Shown here: piece after piece, positions 40,939-50,222 of the stretch
Numbering within the stretch: the stretch's first letter is position 1
Layout of the letters: each line of letters begins with the position of its first letter
From: Dehalococcoidia bacterium
GTDB taxonomy: Bacteria; Chloroflexota; Dehalococcoidia; Bin125
Assembly (NCBI GenBank): GCA_963663235.2
Contig: CAXXNO010000012.1
Span: 96,001-160,000 of the forward strand
DNA: 64,000 bases
Reading direction: 5' to 3'
Notes under the pieces: model-generated
What the model saw: only the letters and a program-made list of their open reading frames with translations
Told to the model about the DNA's origin: nothing
Database searches by the model: none
Position numbers and translations under genes: made by a program

Positions 40939-41271
40939 TCATCGCGAGCGATCGTGGGACGTATTGGCGTCGTCCTCCGCTTCGCCGGCGTCGAAGGCCT
41001 CGACGTCGGTGATCCGCTCCGCGATGGCATGCGTGCGGGCCCGCACGACGATGCCCGGCGCCAGCTTGAGATAGAGGACCATGGGCCCACCGGGCGGGGT
41101 GTCCACGGCATCCACCGTCGCGATCAGGCCGCCGGTGGTGAGCACCTCGTCACCGACGCGGAGCGCGTTCAGGTCGTGCGTCCTGCGCCGCTGCTCGGCG
41201 CGCGCCGGACGTATGAAGAAGATGAAAAAGAGCAGGATCACCAGCACCGTGATCGTGATGACTTCAGCCAT
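40939..41271 (-). CDS. yajC: Preprotein translocase subunit YajC
   Basis: Single TM, FFIRP, L.VGDEVLTTGGLI; upstream of secD. Confidence 0.88.
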   Translation of the reverse strand: MAEVITITVLVILLFFIFFIRPARAEQRRRTHDLNALRVGDEVLTTGGLIATVDAVDTPPGGPMVLYLKLAPGIVVRARTHAIAERITDVEAFDAGEAEDDANTSHDRSR

Positions 41272-42760
41272 GTGCGTTTCCTCTGACGAACTCTGGATCC
41301 CCCGCTAGCGTAACGGCCAGAGCAAGGGCGGCGGGGCGGTCGCGGACCTCTCCGGCGGCCGCGGCCTCCTGGACCGCGCGGAGGATGCGCCCGATCACCG
41401 GGCCAGGCGGCAGGTCGGTCGCCTCCATGACGGCGTGACCATCGACCAGGCGTGCGAGCATCGCGGCCTCTGGGGGCGGCTCCCAGGTCACGATGCGGCG
41501 GACGTGCGCGACGTACGCCGGCCAGCGGGGCAGTAAGCGGTCGACCCCGGCAGTGGCCAGAGAATCGGCCAGGAAGAGCAGGCAGAGATCGGGCACGACG
41601 TCGCCCAGCGCCCTGTGGAAGCGGTGCAGCGCTCGATCTGTCGGCGGCTCGCCCGGCGCGGCCACCTGCCCGGGGCGGAGGTGCTCCCGGATGAGCAGGG
41701 CGACGCGGTCGATGAGGGCCCCGGAGAAGCGCCAGCGCCGGAGGGCGTCGACCGCCATGTCGGCGCCGATGGAGGCGTGGCCGAAAAAGCGAGTGCTGCC
41801 GTCCGGCTCCAGCGTGAGGGTGGCGGGCTTGCCGACATCGTGGAGGAGTGCGGCCAAGCGGAGCGGGGCGGCGTTGTTCTGGAGGTGGGGGCGGATCTCC
41901 GCAGCGACATCGGCGAGCGGGCCCCAGAAGCCAAGCCAGAGCTCCGAGCGGGGCGCGTCAGGCGGCTCCTCGTCGGCGATCAGGAGATTCACCCAGTCGA
42001 GGGCGGCCAACTGGTGCTCGAAGACGGGGTAGCGGTGATGGGGCCGCTGCTCCATGCCACGGCCGGCCTCCAAGGCAGGAAAACAGAAAGCCAGCGCCGT
42101 CGTCTCTTCGAGGAGCCGCACGGCGCGGGCCGCCCGAGGGGAGGAGAAGAGGCGATGCAACTCCACGCCGATACGCTCCGGGGCTACCCGCTCCAACGCG
42201 GGCACGCGCGCCGGCAGCTCCGCCGCCGTCGCCGGTGCGAGCGAGAAGTCCAGCTCGGCGGCGAGGCGGACGGCGCGGAGGACGCGCAGCGGATCGTCGT
42301 CCAGCACGGCGGGGGCGGTCACGCGGACGACGCCGGCGTCGAGGTCGGCCAGGCCACCGGCGCGATCGACGATCGCGCTGCGGTCGATCGCCGACAGACC
42401 GGCGGCGGGCAGGCGGGAGAGGGGGAAAGCGAGGGCGTCGATGGTGAAGTCGCGGCGGGCGAGATCGGCGTCGAGCGAGGCGGCCATCTGCACGACGTCC
42501 AGGACGCCATCGGCCAAGGGGAGGCGGTAGACGCCACGGCGCTCATCGAGCAGGACGGCTCGCGTCCCCAGGCGGCGCGCGGCGGACTGCGCGAAGGCGC
42601 GGGCGTCGGGGACGGCCACATCGATATCGGTCAGCGAGCGGCCGAGGAGGGAGTCACGGATCGCGCCGCCAACGAGGTAGGCGTCGGCGGCGGCGGCGCG
42701 GGCCAGGATCGCCAAGGCCTCCTGTAGCGGGGGGGGCGCTGGAGACCTCGGGGCGCTCAC
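41264..42760 (-). CDS. tRNA nucleotidyltransferase/poly(A) polymerase family protein with HD domain
   Basis: [37 protein letters not shown]. Confidence 0.88.
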   Translation of the reverse strand: MSAPRSPAPPPLQEALAILARAAAADAYLVGGAIRDSLLGRSLTDIDVAVPDARAFAQSAARRLGTRAVLLDERRGVYRLPLADGVLDVVQMAASLDADLARRDFTIDALAFPLSRLPAAGLSAIDRSAIVDRAGGLADLDAGVVRVTAPAVLDDDPLRVLRAVRLAAELDFSLAPATAAELPARVPALERVAPERIGVELHRLFSSPRAARAVRLLEETTALAFCFPALEAGRGMEQRPHHRYPVFEHQLAALDWVNLLIADEEPPDAPRSELWLGFWGPLADVAAEIRPHLQNNAAPLRLAALLHDVGKPATLTLEPDGSTRFFGHASIGADMAVDALRRWRFSGALIDRVALLIREHLRPGQVAAPGEPPTDRALHRFHRALGDVVPDLCLLFLADSLATAGVDRLLPRWPAYVAHVRRIVTWEPPPEAAMLARLVDGHAVMEATDLPPGPVIGRILRAVQEAAAAGEVRDRPAALALAVTLAGDPEFVRGNAHG

Positions 42761-43311
42761 TCGGCCGACAGGTCGGCGGGCAGGTGCCCTTCTCGCTTCG
42801 CGGCCTCGCCTTCTTCCCCCTCGTCGGCTTCGAGATCGTCAAAGGGGTAGAGATCATCGGGTGAAGCGAGATGATCGACGTAGATCGTGCCGTGGATGTG
42901 GTCGATCTCGTGTTCCAAGACCTGCGCTAAGAGTTCATCCGCGGCCTTGATGCGAATCTCCTTGCCGTGGCGATCGAGACCCTTGGCCAAAACTTTGAGG
43001 GAGCGGGTGATCTCGCCACGGTAGCCGGGCACGCTGAGGCAGCCTTCGAAGATGCGGCGCTCGCCGGAGCGCTTGACGATTTCGGGGTTGATGAGAGCGA
43101 CCGGCTCCTCATCCGGGAGGCCGAGGACGACCACGCGCAGCGAAACGCCGATCTGGGGAGCGGCGATGCCGACGCCGTGGGCGGCGTACATCGATTCGAT
43201 CATGTCGTCGATCAAGGTGTGAATCGAGCCGTCGATCCGGTGCACCTTGTTGGCCTTGCGGCGCAGCACGGCCTCATCCGCGGGGAGCACGCAGATCGGC
43301 CGGACGGTCAT
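42757..43311 (-). CDS. def: Peptide deformylase
   Basis: [18 protein letters not shown]; ATG at 43311. Confidence 0.95.
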   Translation of the reverse strand: MTVRPICVLPADEAVLRRKANKVHRIDGSIHTLIDDMIESMYAAHGVGIAAPQIGVSLRVVVLGLPDEEPVALINPEIVKRSGERRIFEGCLSVPGYRGEITRSLKVLAKGLDRHGKEIRIKAADELLAQVLEHEIDHIHGTIYVDHLASPDDLYPFDDLEADEGEEGEAAKREGHLPADLSAE

Positions 43312-43387
43312 CGGTCGCCTCCTCCGCCCCATTCTGGGCGGGCCGCGACGGTGCGGACAAGCAAGACGACAGCAGAGTAGCCGCCGC

Positions 43388-46066
43388 TCAGAGCAAAGAG
43401 ACGGGATCCACGTCGACCGTCCAGCCGCGGCCGAAGTCCAAGCCGCGCAAGAGCGGCAGCGGATCGGCCCCGCGCAGGGTGATCTGCCAGCGGTAGCGGC
43501 CACGGCGGCGGTAGACGTACGCGGGCGTGGGGCCGAGGACCTCCGGTCCGGGGAGCCCGAGGCGGTCCCGCTCCCGGCGCAGGAAATCCGCCAGCGCCTG
43601 GGCCTGATCGCGGGCGCGGGCGGTGTCGGAATCGGCGTGGACGAGGCGGGCCAGCCGACCGAAGGGAGGGTAGTCGTGAGCCGCGCGAGCGGCCATCTCC
43701 GCGTCGAAGAAGGTCTGATAATCATGCGCCGCCGCCGCGGTGATGGCGTAGTGATCCGGGGCGTAGGTCTGCACAACCACGCGCCCACCGCGCGGCCCGC
43801 GGGCGGCGCGGCCGGCCACCTGAGTCAGCAACTGGAAAGTGCGCTCCGGGCCGGTGTAGTCGGGCAGGCGGAGAGAGAGGTCGGCGCTGACCACGCCGAC
43901 CAGGGTCACAGCCGGCAGATCCAGCCCCTTGGCGATCATCTGCGTCCCGATCAGGACATCCGCGTCGCCGCGGAGGAAACGAGCCAGCAGGCGCTCATGG
44001 CCGCCCTTCCCGGCGGCGGTGTCTCGGTCCCAGCGCAGGGTCCGGGCGGCCGGGAAGCGTTTGACCACCTCCTCCTCCAAGCGTTGGGTCCCCAGGCCCA
44101 TCTTGCGCAGGCGGTCCGCCCCGCAGGCAGGGCAGGTGGTGACGGGTTCATTGGAGTGGCCACATTCGTGGCAGCGCATCAGCCCCACGGCGCTGTGGAA
44201 CGTGAGAGGAACAGAGCAGCGCGGGCAGGAGGCGGCCTCGCCGCAGGCGCGACACACGAAGACTGCGGCGCCGCGCCGGTTGAGGAAGAGCATTACCTGC
44301 TGACGCGCCGCCAGGGCGTCGTCGATGGCGGCGGCGAGAAGACGGCTGAAGATGGAACGGTTGCCCGCACGGAGCTCCTCTCGCAGGTCAACCACATCCA
44401 CCGCGGGCAAGGGGACCGGCTCAAGCAGCGACGCCGGATCGGCCGGGTTTGCGCGGCGAACGCGCTGGGGGAGGTCCAGGCGCTGGTAGCGGCCTTGCCC
44501 GGCGCGTGCGGCGGTCACCACGTCCGGGGTCGCCGAGCCGAAGATCGCGACGGCGCCGGTGAGACGGCAGTACTCCTCCACCACCTCACGCACGTGGTAG
44601 CGAGGGGCGGGATCCGTCTGCTTGTAGGTCCACTCGTGCTCTTCATCGACCACAATCAGGGCGAGATCGGGAAGGGGCGCGAAAAGGGCGGAGCGAGAGC
44701 CGATCACCACGTCGGCGTCGCCGCGACGAATGCGCTGCCACTGGTCGTAGGCCTCCCCGAGCGAGAGGGCCGAATGCTGCACCGCCACCCGTCCCGGGAA
44801 GCGCGCGGCAAAGCGATCGACCGTTTGGGGGGTCAGCGCGATCTCCGGCACCAGCACAATGGCGCGGCCGCCGTGGGAGCGGACATGGTCGACGGCAGCG
44901 AGGTAGACCTCCGTCTTGCCGCTGCCCGTCACCCCGTGGAGGAGGAAGCAGGCGCCCGCCGCTCGGCCGAGGGCCCGAGCCGTGCGGGCGCATTCCAAGG
45001 CCTCATGAATCGCGCGGTAGGCCCGGGTCTGGTCGTCCGTCAGGGCCGACGGCGGCACCGGCGAGACCGAGCGGTCAGCGAGCGGGTCGCGCTCGACGTG
45101 GCGACGTTCCCGGCGGAGCAGCCCGGCGTCCGCGAGGGCAGCGATGTCCGCCCGAGTGGCGCCGCTCTCCGCGCGGAGGGCGACCTCCGAGCCGGCCCCG
45201 CCAAGCAGCGCGTCCAGCGCCGCCACCTGGGCACGCTCGGCGCGGGTGCGTCTGAGGGAATGCACCGCGGCGGTCAGTGTTTCCACATCGACGATGGCGC
45301 GAACGGTATCGCCGTCGCGGGTGAGCAGGCCACCGCGATCGAGCATGCGGTCGAGCCCGGCACGCCCGCCGGCAAGGCGCCTGGCGTCCGGCAGCGGGAG
45401 AGGCCCATCGACAAGCCGCTCCAGTAGATCGGCCTGCCGCGAGCGTCGGGACTGAGGCCAGGCAGCGATCGCCGAGCGCGCGGCGGCCGCGTCGACGTCG
45501 AGCGCCACGCGCGTCTCGACCTTCTCGCGGACGCCCGGCGGCGCGAGCTCGTAGCGCTCCTGCGCCAGGCCGCGACGCAGAAGCGATCGCACCACCGGCC
45601 CGACTCTTGCGCCAGCGGGCAGCGTCAGCGAATCAACGGCCAGCTCGCCCTTGGCGGCCAACATCGCCAGAACCGCCCGCTCGCCGCTACTGAGGTCCTC
45701 GTCGCGCGCGGGCGCGGGCCCCGGGGAGGCGCTGAGTAGGCGACGGGGGCGTCGCTCGAAGCCGGGAGGCAAGAAGAGCGCGACGGCGCTGAAGATCGGG
45801 GCCAGATAGCCATCGGCGATCCAGCGAGTGAGCATGGCCTGCGCAACGGTGAGTAAACGCCCACCTTCGACGAGAGAGAGGACCTCGCGCGGTTCGGCGA
45901 CCGCGGGGTTGTCAGTCAGTTGCAGGACCACGCCCTGGACTACCTGGCGGCCGAAGGGGACGTAGACGCCATCGCCGACACGAACGGTCAGGTGATCGGG
46001 GATGGCGTAGGTGAAGGTCCCTCGATGCGGGCGGCCGGAATAGACAGCCACCTCGGCGAACGGCAC
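43388..46066 (-). CDS. priA: Primosomal protein N'
   Basis: [22 protein letters not shown], four CxxC pairs, [14 protein letters not shown]. Confidence 0.95.
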   Translation of the reverse strand: MPFAEVAVYSGRPHRGTFTYAIPDHLTVRVGDGVYVPFGRQVVQGVVLQLTDNPAVAEPREVLSLVEGGRLLTVAQAMLTRWIADGYLAPIFSAVALFLPPGFERRPRRLLSASPGPAPARDEDLSSGERAVLAMLAAKGELAVDSLTLPAGARVGPVVRSLLRRGLAQERYELAPPGVREKVETRVALDVDAAAARSAIAAWPQSRRSRQADLLERLVDGPLPLPDARRLAGGRAGLDRMLDRGGLLTRDGDTVRAIVDVETLTAAVHSLRRTRAERAQVAALDALLGGAGSEVALRAESGATRADIAALADAGLLRRERRHVERDPLADRSVSPVPPSALTDDQTRAYRAIHEALECARTARALGRAAGACFLLHGVTGSGKTEVYLAAVDHVRSHGGRAIVLVPEIALTPQTVDRFAARFPGRVAVQHSALSLGEAYDQWQRIRRGDADVVIGSRSALFAPLPDLALIVVDEEHEWTYKQTDPAPRYHVREVVEEYCRLTGAVAIFGSATPDVVTAARAGQGRYQRLDLPQRVRRANPADPASLLEPVPLPAVDVVDLREELRAGNRSIFSRLLAAAIDDALAARQQVMLFLNRRGAAVFVCRACGEAASCPRCSVPLTFHSAVGLMRCHECGHSNEPVTTCPACGADRLRKMGLGTQRLEEEVVKRFPAARTLRWDRDTAAGKGGHERLLARFLRGDADVLIGTQMIAKGLDLPAVTLVGVVSADLSLRLPDYTGPERTFQLLTQVAGRAARGPRGGRVVVQTYAPDHYAITAAAAHDYQTFFDAEMAARAAHDYPPFGRLARLVHADSDTARARDQAQALADFLRRERDRLGLPGPEVLGPTPAYVYRRRGRYRWQITLRGADPLPLLRGLDFGRGWTVDVDPVSLL

Positions 46067-46099
46067 CGAGGAAACTCCTAACCGCCGGCCAATCCGACG

Positions 46100-46468
46100 C
46101 TAGTAGGTATGGATGACGCGGGTCGCGTGGCGAGGCCGCTCCGGGATACGGGCGGCCTTTCCGGTGCGGCCGCGGAGGTAGTAGAGTTTCGCGCGCCGGA
46201 CGCGGCCACGGCGCGTGACCTCAACTTTCTCCACGCGGGGTGAGTAATAGAGGAATATCCGCTCCACACCGACGCCGTGCGTGTGGCGTCGGACGGTGAA
46301 GTTGCTGGAGCTGCCCTTGCGGCGGATGCTGAGCACCACGCCCTCAAAGATCTGGGTGCGTTCGCGGTCGCCTTCGACGACTTTGACATGGACGCGAACC
46401 GTGTCGCCGGGCTGGAACTCGGCGATGTTGGGGTTGCGCTCGATCTCGAGGAGGTCGGTGCGATCCAT
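46100..46468 (-). CDS. rplS: 50S ribosomal protein L19
   Basis: [32 protein letters not shown]. Confidence 0.97.
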   Translation of the reverse strand: MDRTDLLEIERNPNIAEFQPGDTVRVHVKVVEGDRERTQIFEGVVLSIRRKGSSSNFTVRRHTHGVGVERIFLYYSPRVEKVEVTRRGRVRRAKLYYLRGRTGKAARIPERPRHATRVIHTY

Positions 46469-46473
46469 CTTTA

Positions 46474-46907
46474 ATTAATCGCGGTCGTGGCGGGGAGATG
46501 GGCGCGGGCAGGATGCCTGCGCGTCGATGTCCCGAGGTCCGCCATCCTTTCTTTCATTAATCGCGGTCCTGGCGGGGAGATGGGCGCGGGCAGGATGCCT
46601 GCGCGTCGATGTCCCGAGGTCCGCCATCCTTTCTTTCATTAATCGCGGTCGTGGCGGGGAGATGGGCGCGGGCAGGACGCCTACGCGTCGATGTCCTGAG
46701 GTCCGCCATCCTTTCTTTCATTTCTTTCATTAATCGCGGTCGGGACATCGAACTCCGCGCGGTCCGCATGCTTGCGCGTCGAGGGCGCTAGGCTTGCCGA
46801 ACCCGCTCCTTCAAAATCGCGGTCGCGGCCTCTGTATCATCCCATCAGGTGAATCCGCGCGTCGAGGGCGCCAGGTCCGGCAAAAACCATCGGCCGAATC
46901 CCGAGAC
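46474..46907. repeat. Tandem array: three near-identical 82-bp units followed by two diverged units that keep only short motifs
   Basis: ATTAATCGCGGTC at 46474, 46556, 46638, 46729; AATCGCGGTC at 46815; GCGCGTCGA-type motif 42 bp after each AATCGCGGTC. Confidence 0.9.
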
Positions 46908-46935
46908 ACCGTGCATTGTAGAGGGCGCGACGGGG

Positions 46936-47676
46936 TCAGGGCGAGCCATCGTGTCGCTCTTGCAGGTAGGGGGCCCGCTCCTCCGCGGTGAGATCGGCGC
47001 GGGCAAGGAGATCGGGGCGCCGCGCGGCCGTCCGGTGGATGCGTTGTTCGCGGCGCCAGCGTGCGATCTCGGCATGATTGCCGCTCAGCAGCACCTCGGG
47101 CACGTTCCAGCCGCGAAACTCCGCCGGCCGCGTGTAGTGGGGGTATTCGAGCAGCCCACCGACGTGCGACTCCTCCAGCACCGACTCCGCCGAGCCGAGC
47201 GACCCCGGGAGCAGGCGCACCACAGCGTCGACCAGCACGAGGGCAGGGAGTTCCCCGCCCCCCAAGACGTAGTCGCCGATGGAGATCTCATCGTCGGCCA
47301 AGTGGACGCGGACCCGCTCATCGACCCCCTCGTAGCGGCCGCAGAGCAGGATCAGCCGCGGCGCCGCGCTCAACTCCTGCACGATCTCCTGCGTCAAGAG
47401 GCGGCCCTGCGGGGTGAGCAGGATGACGCTCCCCGGAGGCTCGTCGGCCGCGCGCAGCGCTTCCACGGCCTGGAAGAGGGGCTCCGGCCGCATGACCATC
47501 CCAGCGCCGCCGCCGTAAGGGGCGTCGTCGACGGTGCGATGGCGGTCCTGTGCCCAGTCGCGCAGGTCGTGGACGGCGACGCGGACGATCCCGCGCTTCT
47601 GGGCCCGGCCCACGATGCTGGCCTCCAGCGGAGCGCGAAGCATGTCCGGGAAGATCGTGAGGACGTCGATCAGCAT
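46936..47676 (-). CDS. trmD: tRNA (guanine-N1)-methyltransferase
   Basis: [47 protein letters not shown]. Confidence 0.97.
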   Translation of the reverse strand: MLIDVLTIFPDMLRAPLEASIVGRAQKRGIVRVAVHDLRDWAQDRHRTVDDAPYGGGAGMVMRPEPLFQAVEALRAADEPPGSVILLTPQGRLLTQEIVQELSAAPRLILLCGRYEGVDERVRVHLADDEISIGDYVLGGGELPALVLVDAVVRLLPGSLGSAESVLEESHVGGLLEYPHYTRPAEFRGWNVPEVLLSGNHAEIARWRREQRIHRTAARRPDLLARADLTAEERAPYLQERHDGSP

Positions 47677-47688
47677 CGGCGGAGCCCA

Positions 47689-48186
47689 TCAGACCGGATG
47701 GCGGTCGCCCTGGCCGGCGATGACGTCGAGGGCGTGGGGCAACACGGGCATCACAGCAGCGAGGTTTTCACGCACAGCCTTTTCCGAACCCGGGAGGTTC
47801 AGCACCAGCGTGCGCCCGGCCACCCCGACCAGTCCCCGGCTGAGAGCGGCCATGGGCGTGCGCTTGAGCCCCTCCCAGCGCATGAGCTCGGCGAGGCCGG
47901 GGATCTCCCGATCCAGCAGGGGCCGCGTGGCCTCCGGGGTCACGTCGCGCGGCCCCAGACCGGTGCCTCCGGTGGTGACCAAGAGATCGATATCGCCGGC
48001 GGCCAGCCAGTCGCGGAGGGTCTGGGTGATGCGATCGCGGTCGTCGGGGATGATCGCCTTTTGGACGATCTCAGGACTTAAGGGTTCAAGCAGCTTAGCG
48101 ATTGTGGGGCCAGCCGTGTCGTCAAACTGCCCGCGGCTGGCGCGGTCGCTGAGGGTAAGGATGGCCAGTCGAAGACGTTTCGCCAT
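47689..48186 (-). CDS. Molybdopterin adenylyltransferase (MogA/MoaB family)
   Basis: LTLSDRAS, TTGGTGLGPRDVTPEAT, SRG, NLPGS; ATG at 48186. Confidence 0.9.
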   Translation of the reverse strand: MAKRLRLAILTLSDRASRGQFDDTAGPTIAKLLEPLSPEIVQKAIIPDDRDRITQTLRDWLAAGDIDLLVTTGGTGLGPRDVTPEATRPLLDREIPGLAELMRWEGLKRTPMAALSRGLVGVAGRTLVLNLPGSEKAVRENLAAVMPVLPHALDVIAGQGDRHPV

Positions 48187-48279
48187 CTGGTCCACCTCCA
48201 GCCGGTGGAGTTGCGGTTCGGGTCCAGCCCGGCTTAGAACCGCGGCGAAAGTTTTAACAAAGGTTCTGAGCCAGCGAGC

Positions 48280-48334
48280 TTGACATACCGGGCGTCCGAT
48301 GGGACACTTTGGCACGTTGTGGGGATGAATGGGG
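48280..48334 (+). promoter_or_regulatory. dcw promoter with overlapping MraZ-type boxes
   Basis: TTGACA (48280-48285), 17 bp, GACACT (48303-48308); TGGGA/TGGCA/TGGGG/TGGGG at 48300, 48310, 48320, 48330 (10-bp period). Confidence 0.75.
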
Positions 48335-48381
48335 CATGACCCTTCGTGCCCCTAGCGAGAAACGGGTGACTGCGATTCATT

Positions 48382-48816
48382 ATGGCATTCCGCGGCACCT
48401 ACGAACACTCCCTGGACGACCGGGGACGGGTCGCAATCCCCGCGCGCTTTCGCGAAGCCTTCGCGGACGGCGGGGTGCTGGCTCCCAGTCCCGACGGCTG
48501 CCTGGAGCTGTATACCAGCACGGAATTCGAGGAGACGGCGCAGGAGATGACCGCGGAGGGCGCGCAGCGCCAGCGTGGCCGCCGCCTCCGCCGCGGTCTC
48601 TACGCCCGCTCGTGGGACGTGGAGGTCGACCGGCAGGGGCGCATCCTGGTCCCGCCGGCGCTGCGCGACCTGCTGGGGCCCGACGGCGCGGTGGTCTTCG
48701 CCGGCCGGCGGGAGTGCCTGGAGATCTGGAGTCTTCAGCGCTGGCAGCAGGAACTGGCGGTGGTGGAGCGCGAATACGCCGCGAACCTCGAAGCCCAAGA
48801 GGCGTCCGAAGCATGA
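48382..48816 (+). CDS. mraZ: Division/cell wall cluster transcriptional repressor MraZ
   Basis: F.GTYEHSLDDRGRVAIPARFR and VDRQGRILVP repeats, LEIWS. Confidence 0.95.
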   Translation: MAFRGTYEHSLDDRGRVAIPARFREAFADGGVLAPSPDGCLELYTSTEFEETAQEMTAEGAQRQRGRRLRRGLYARSWDVEVDRQGRILVPPALRDLLGPDGAVVFAGRRECLEIWSLQRWQQELAVVEREYAANLEAQEASEA

Positions 48817-49715
48817 ACGAGACGCCCATGCACACACCGGTGATGGTTGCCGAGGTGCTGGAGTACCTCCATGTGCGACCGGATGGCCGCTACATCGATT
48901 GCACGGTCGGGAGCGGTGGGCACGCCGAGGCGATCCTGAACGCGTCGCGGCCCGACGGTCGCCTACTGGGGATCGACGCCGACCCGGAGGCCATCGCCAC
49001 GGCAGCCCAGCGACTGCGGCCATTCGGTGCGCGGGTCACGCTGGTGGAGCGCTATTTCGACGACGTCGCGGAGGTCGCCCGCGCGGCCGGCTTTGCGCCG
49101 GCGGATGGGCTGGTCTGCGACTTGGGGGTCTCCAGCCCGCAACTAGAGCGGCCGGAGCGGGGCTTCTCTTTCCAGCGTGAAGGCCCACTGGACATGCGTT
49201 TCGGACCGACGGCGGAGACAACGGCCGCCGAGATCATCAATCACACATCGGAAAAGGAGCTAGCGCGGATTCTGTACGAGTACGGCGACGAGCGGCGATC
49301 GCGCCGCATCGCGCGCCGGATCGTTGGGAGCCGACCGTTCGGCTCCACCACCCAATTTGCCAAAGCCGTCGAGCAGGCCGCGGGGGAGGGCCGCCAACCC
49401 AGAAGAAGTAGTAGAGTTCACCCCGCCACCAAAACCTTCCTGGCCCTTCGCATTGCGGTCAATCAGGAGCTTCGGCGCCTGGAGATCGCGCTGGCCGAAG
49501 CCCGCGGCCTGCTCGGCTTTGGATCCCGTCTAGTAGTCATCAGTTTTCACTCGCTGGAGGATCGCATCGTCAAGCGCTTCCTGGTGGAAGCGTCCCGAGG
49601 GGAAGCGCCCAGCTTCCGCCTCCTGACGCGCAAAGTGGTGCGACCCAGCGTCGATGAGGTGCAGCGCAACCCGCGCAGTCGCAGCGCGCGGCTACGCGCG
49701 GCCGAGGCCATCTAA
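48813..49715 (+). CDS. rsmH: 16S rRNA m4C1402 methyltransferase
   Basis: HTPVM, DCTVG.GGH, DLGVSSPQL, PLDMR, ISFHSLEDRIVK, NPRSRSA. Confidence 0.96.
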   Translation: MNETPMHTPVMVAEVLEYLHVRPDGRYIDCTVGSGGHAEAILNASRPDGRLLGIDADPEAIATAAQRLRPFGARVTLVERYFDDVAEVARAAGFAPADGLVCDLGVSSPQLERPERGFSFQREGPLDMRFGPTAETTAAEIINHTSEKELARILYEYGDERRSRRIARRIVGSRPFGSTTQFAKAVEQAAGEGRQPRRSSRVHPATKTFLALRIAVNQELRRLEIALAEARGLLGFGSRLVVISFHSLEDRIVKRFLVEASRGEAPSFRLLTRKVVRPSVDEVQRNPRSRSARLRAAEAI

Positions 49716-49717
49716 CG

Positions 49718-50164
49718 ATGCGGCGCAGCGCCGTCTTGCCGACGCCCAGTGCGCGGCAGGCGACGTTGCGAGTGCAGCCGATTCACTCCGTCCGGATCCC
49801 GATCTGGGTGTGGGTGGGAGCAGCAGGACTGGCCGTGGCCGCGCTGCTGCCTATCGCGCAGACTAGCGACGCCACCACGACCGGCGCCACGCTCCAGGAA
49901 TTGGAGCGGGAGCGGGCGGCCGCGCAGGCCGAGGTGCGGCTGCTGGCCTCGCAGGTCGGAGAGCTGGCATCTCTGAGCCGGATTGAGCAAGCGGCCAGCG
50001 AACGGCTTCATCTCACGGTTGCGCGCCCCACGACCGTACTGCATGCGAACACGCCGCCACCGGAGCGGCTCCTCCCCGTCCGTTTCATGCCGGAGCGAGA
50101 GACGGGACCGGAGGAGAGCCGGGCCTGGTGGCAACGCGTTCTGGACGTGCTGGTCTTCGACTAG
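49718..50164 (+). CDS. FtsL-like cell division protein
   Basis: TM segment, coiled coil, SLSRIEQAASERL; located between rsmH and the PBP gene. Confidence 0.7.
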   Translation: MRRSAVLPTPSARQATLRVQPIHSVRIPIWVWVGAAGLAVAALLPIAQTSDATTTGATLQELERERAAAQAEVRLLASQVGELASLSRIEQAASERLHLTVARPTTVLHANTPPPERLLPVRFMPERETGPEESRAWWQRVLDVLVFD

Positions 50165-50165
50165 G

Positions 50166-50205
50166 CGACACGTCCGCCCCCTTAGTCGGCTGGGCGGACG
50201 TGTCG
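50166..50205. other. Perfect 14-bp inverted repeat (intergenic hairpin)
   Basis: CGACACGTCCGCCC ... GGGCGGACGTGTCG, no U-tract. Confidence 0.7.
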
Positions 50206-50222
50206 GTCTGGAGTGAGGGGCG

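Noticed and set aside
46474-46907. CRISPR array interpretation
   Set aside because: Conserved motifs are only ~10 bp, three units are identical throughout, and no cas genes are present.
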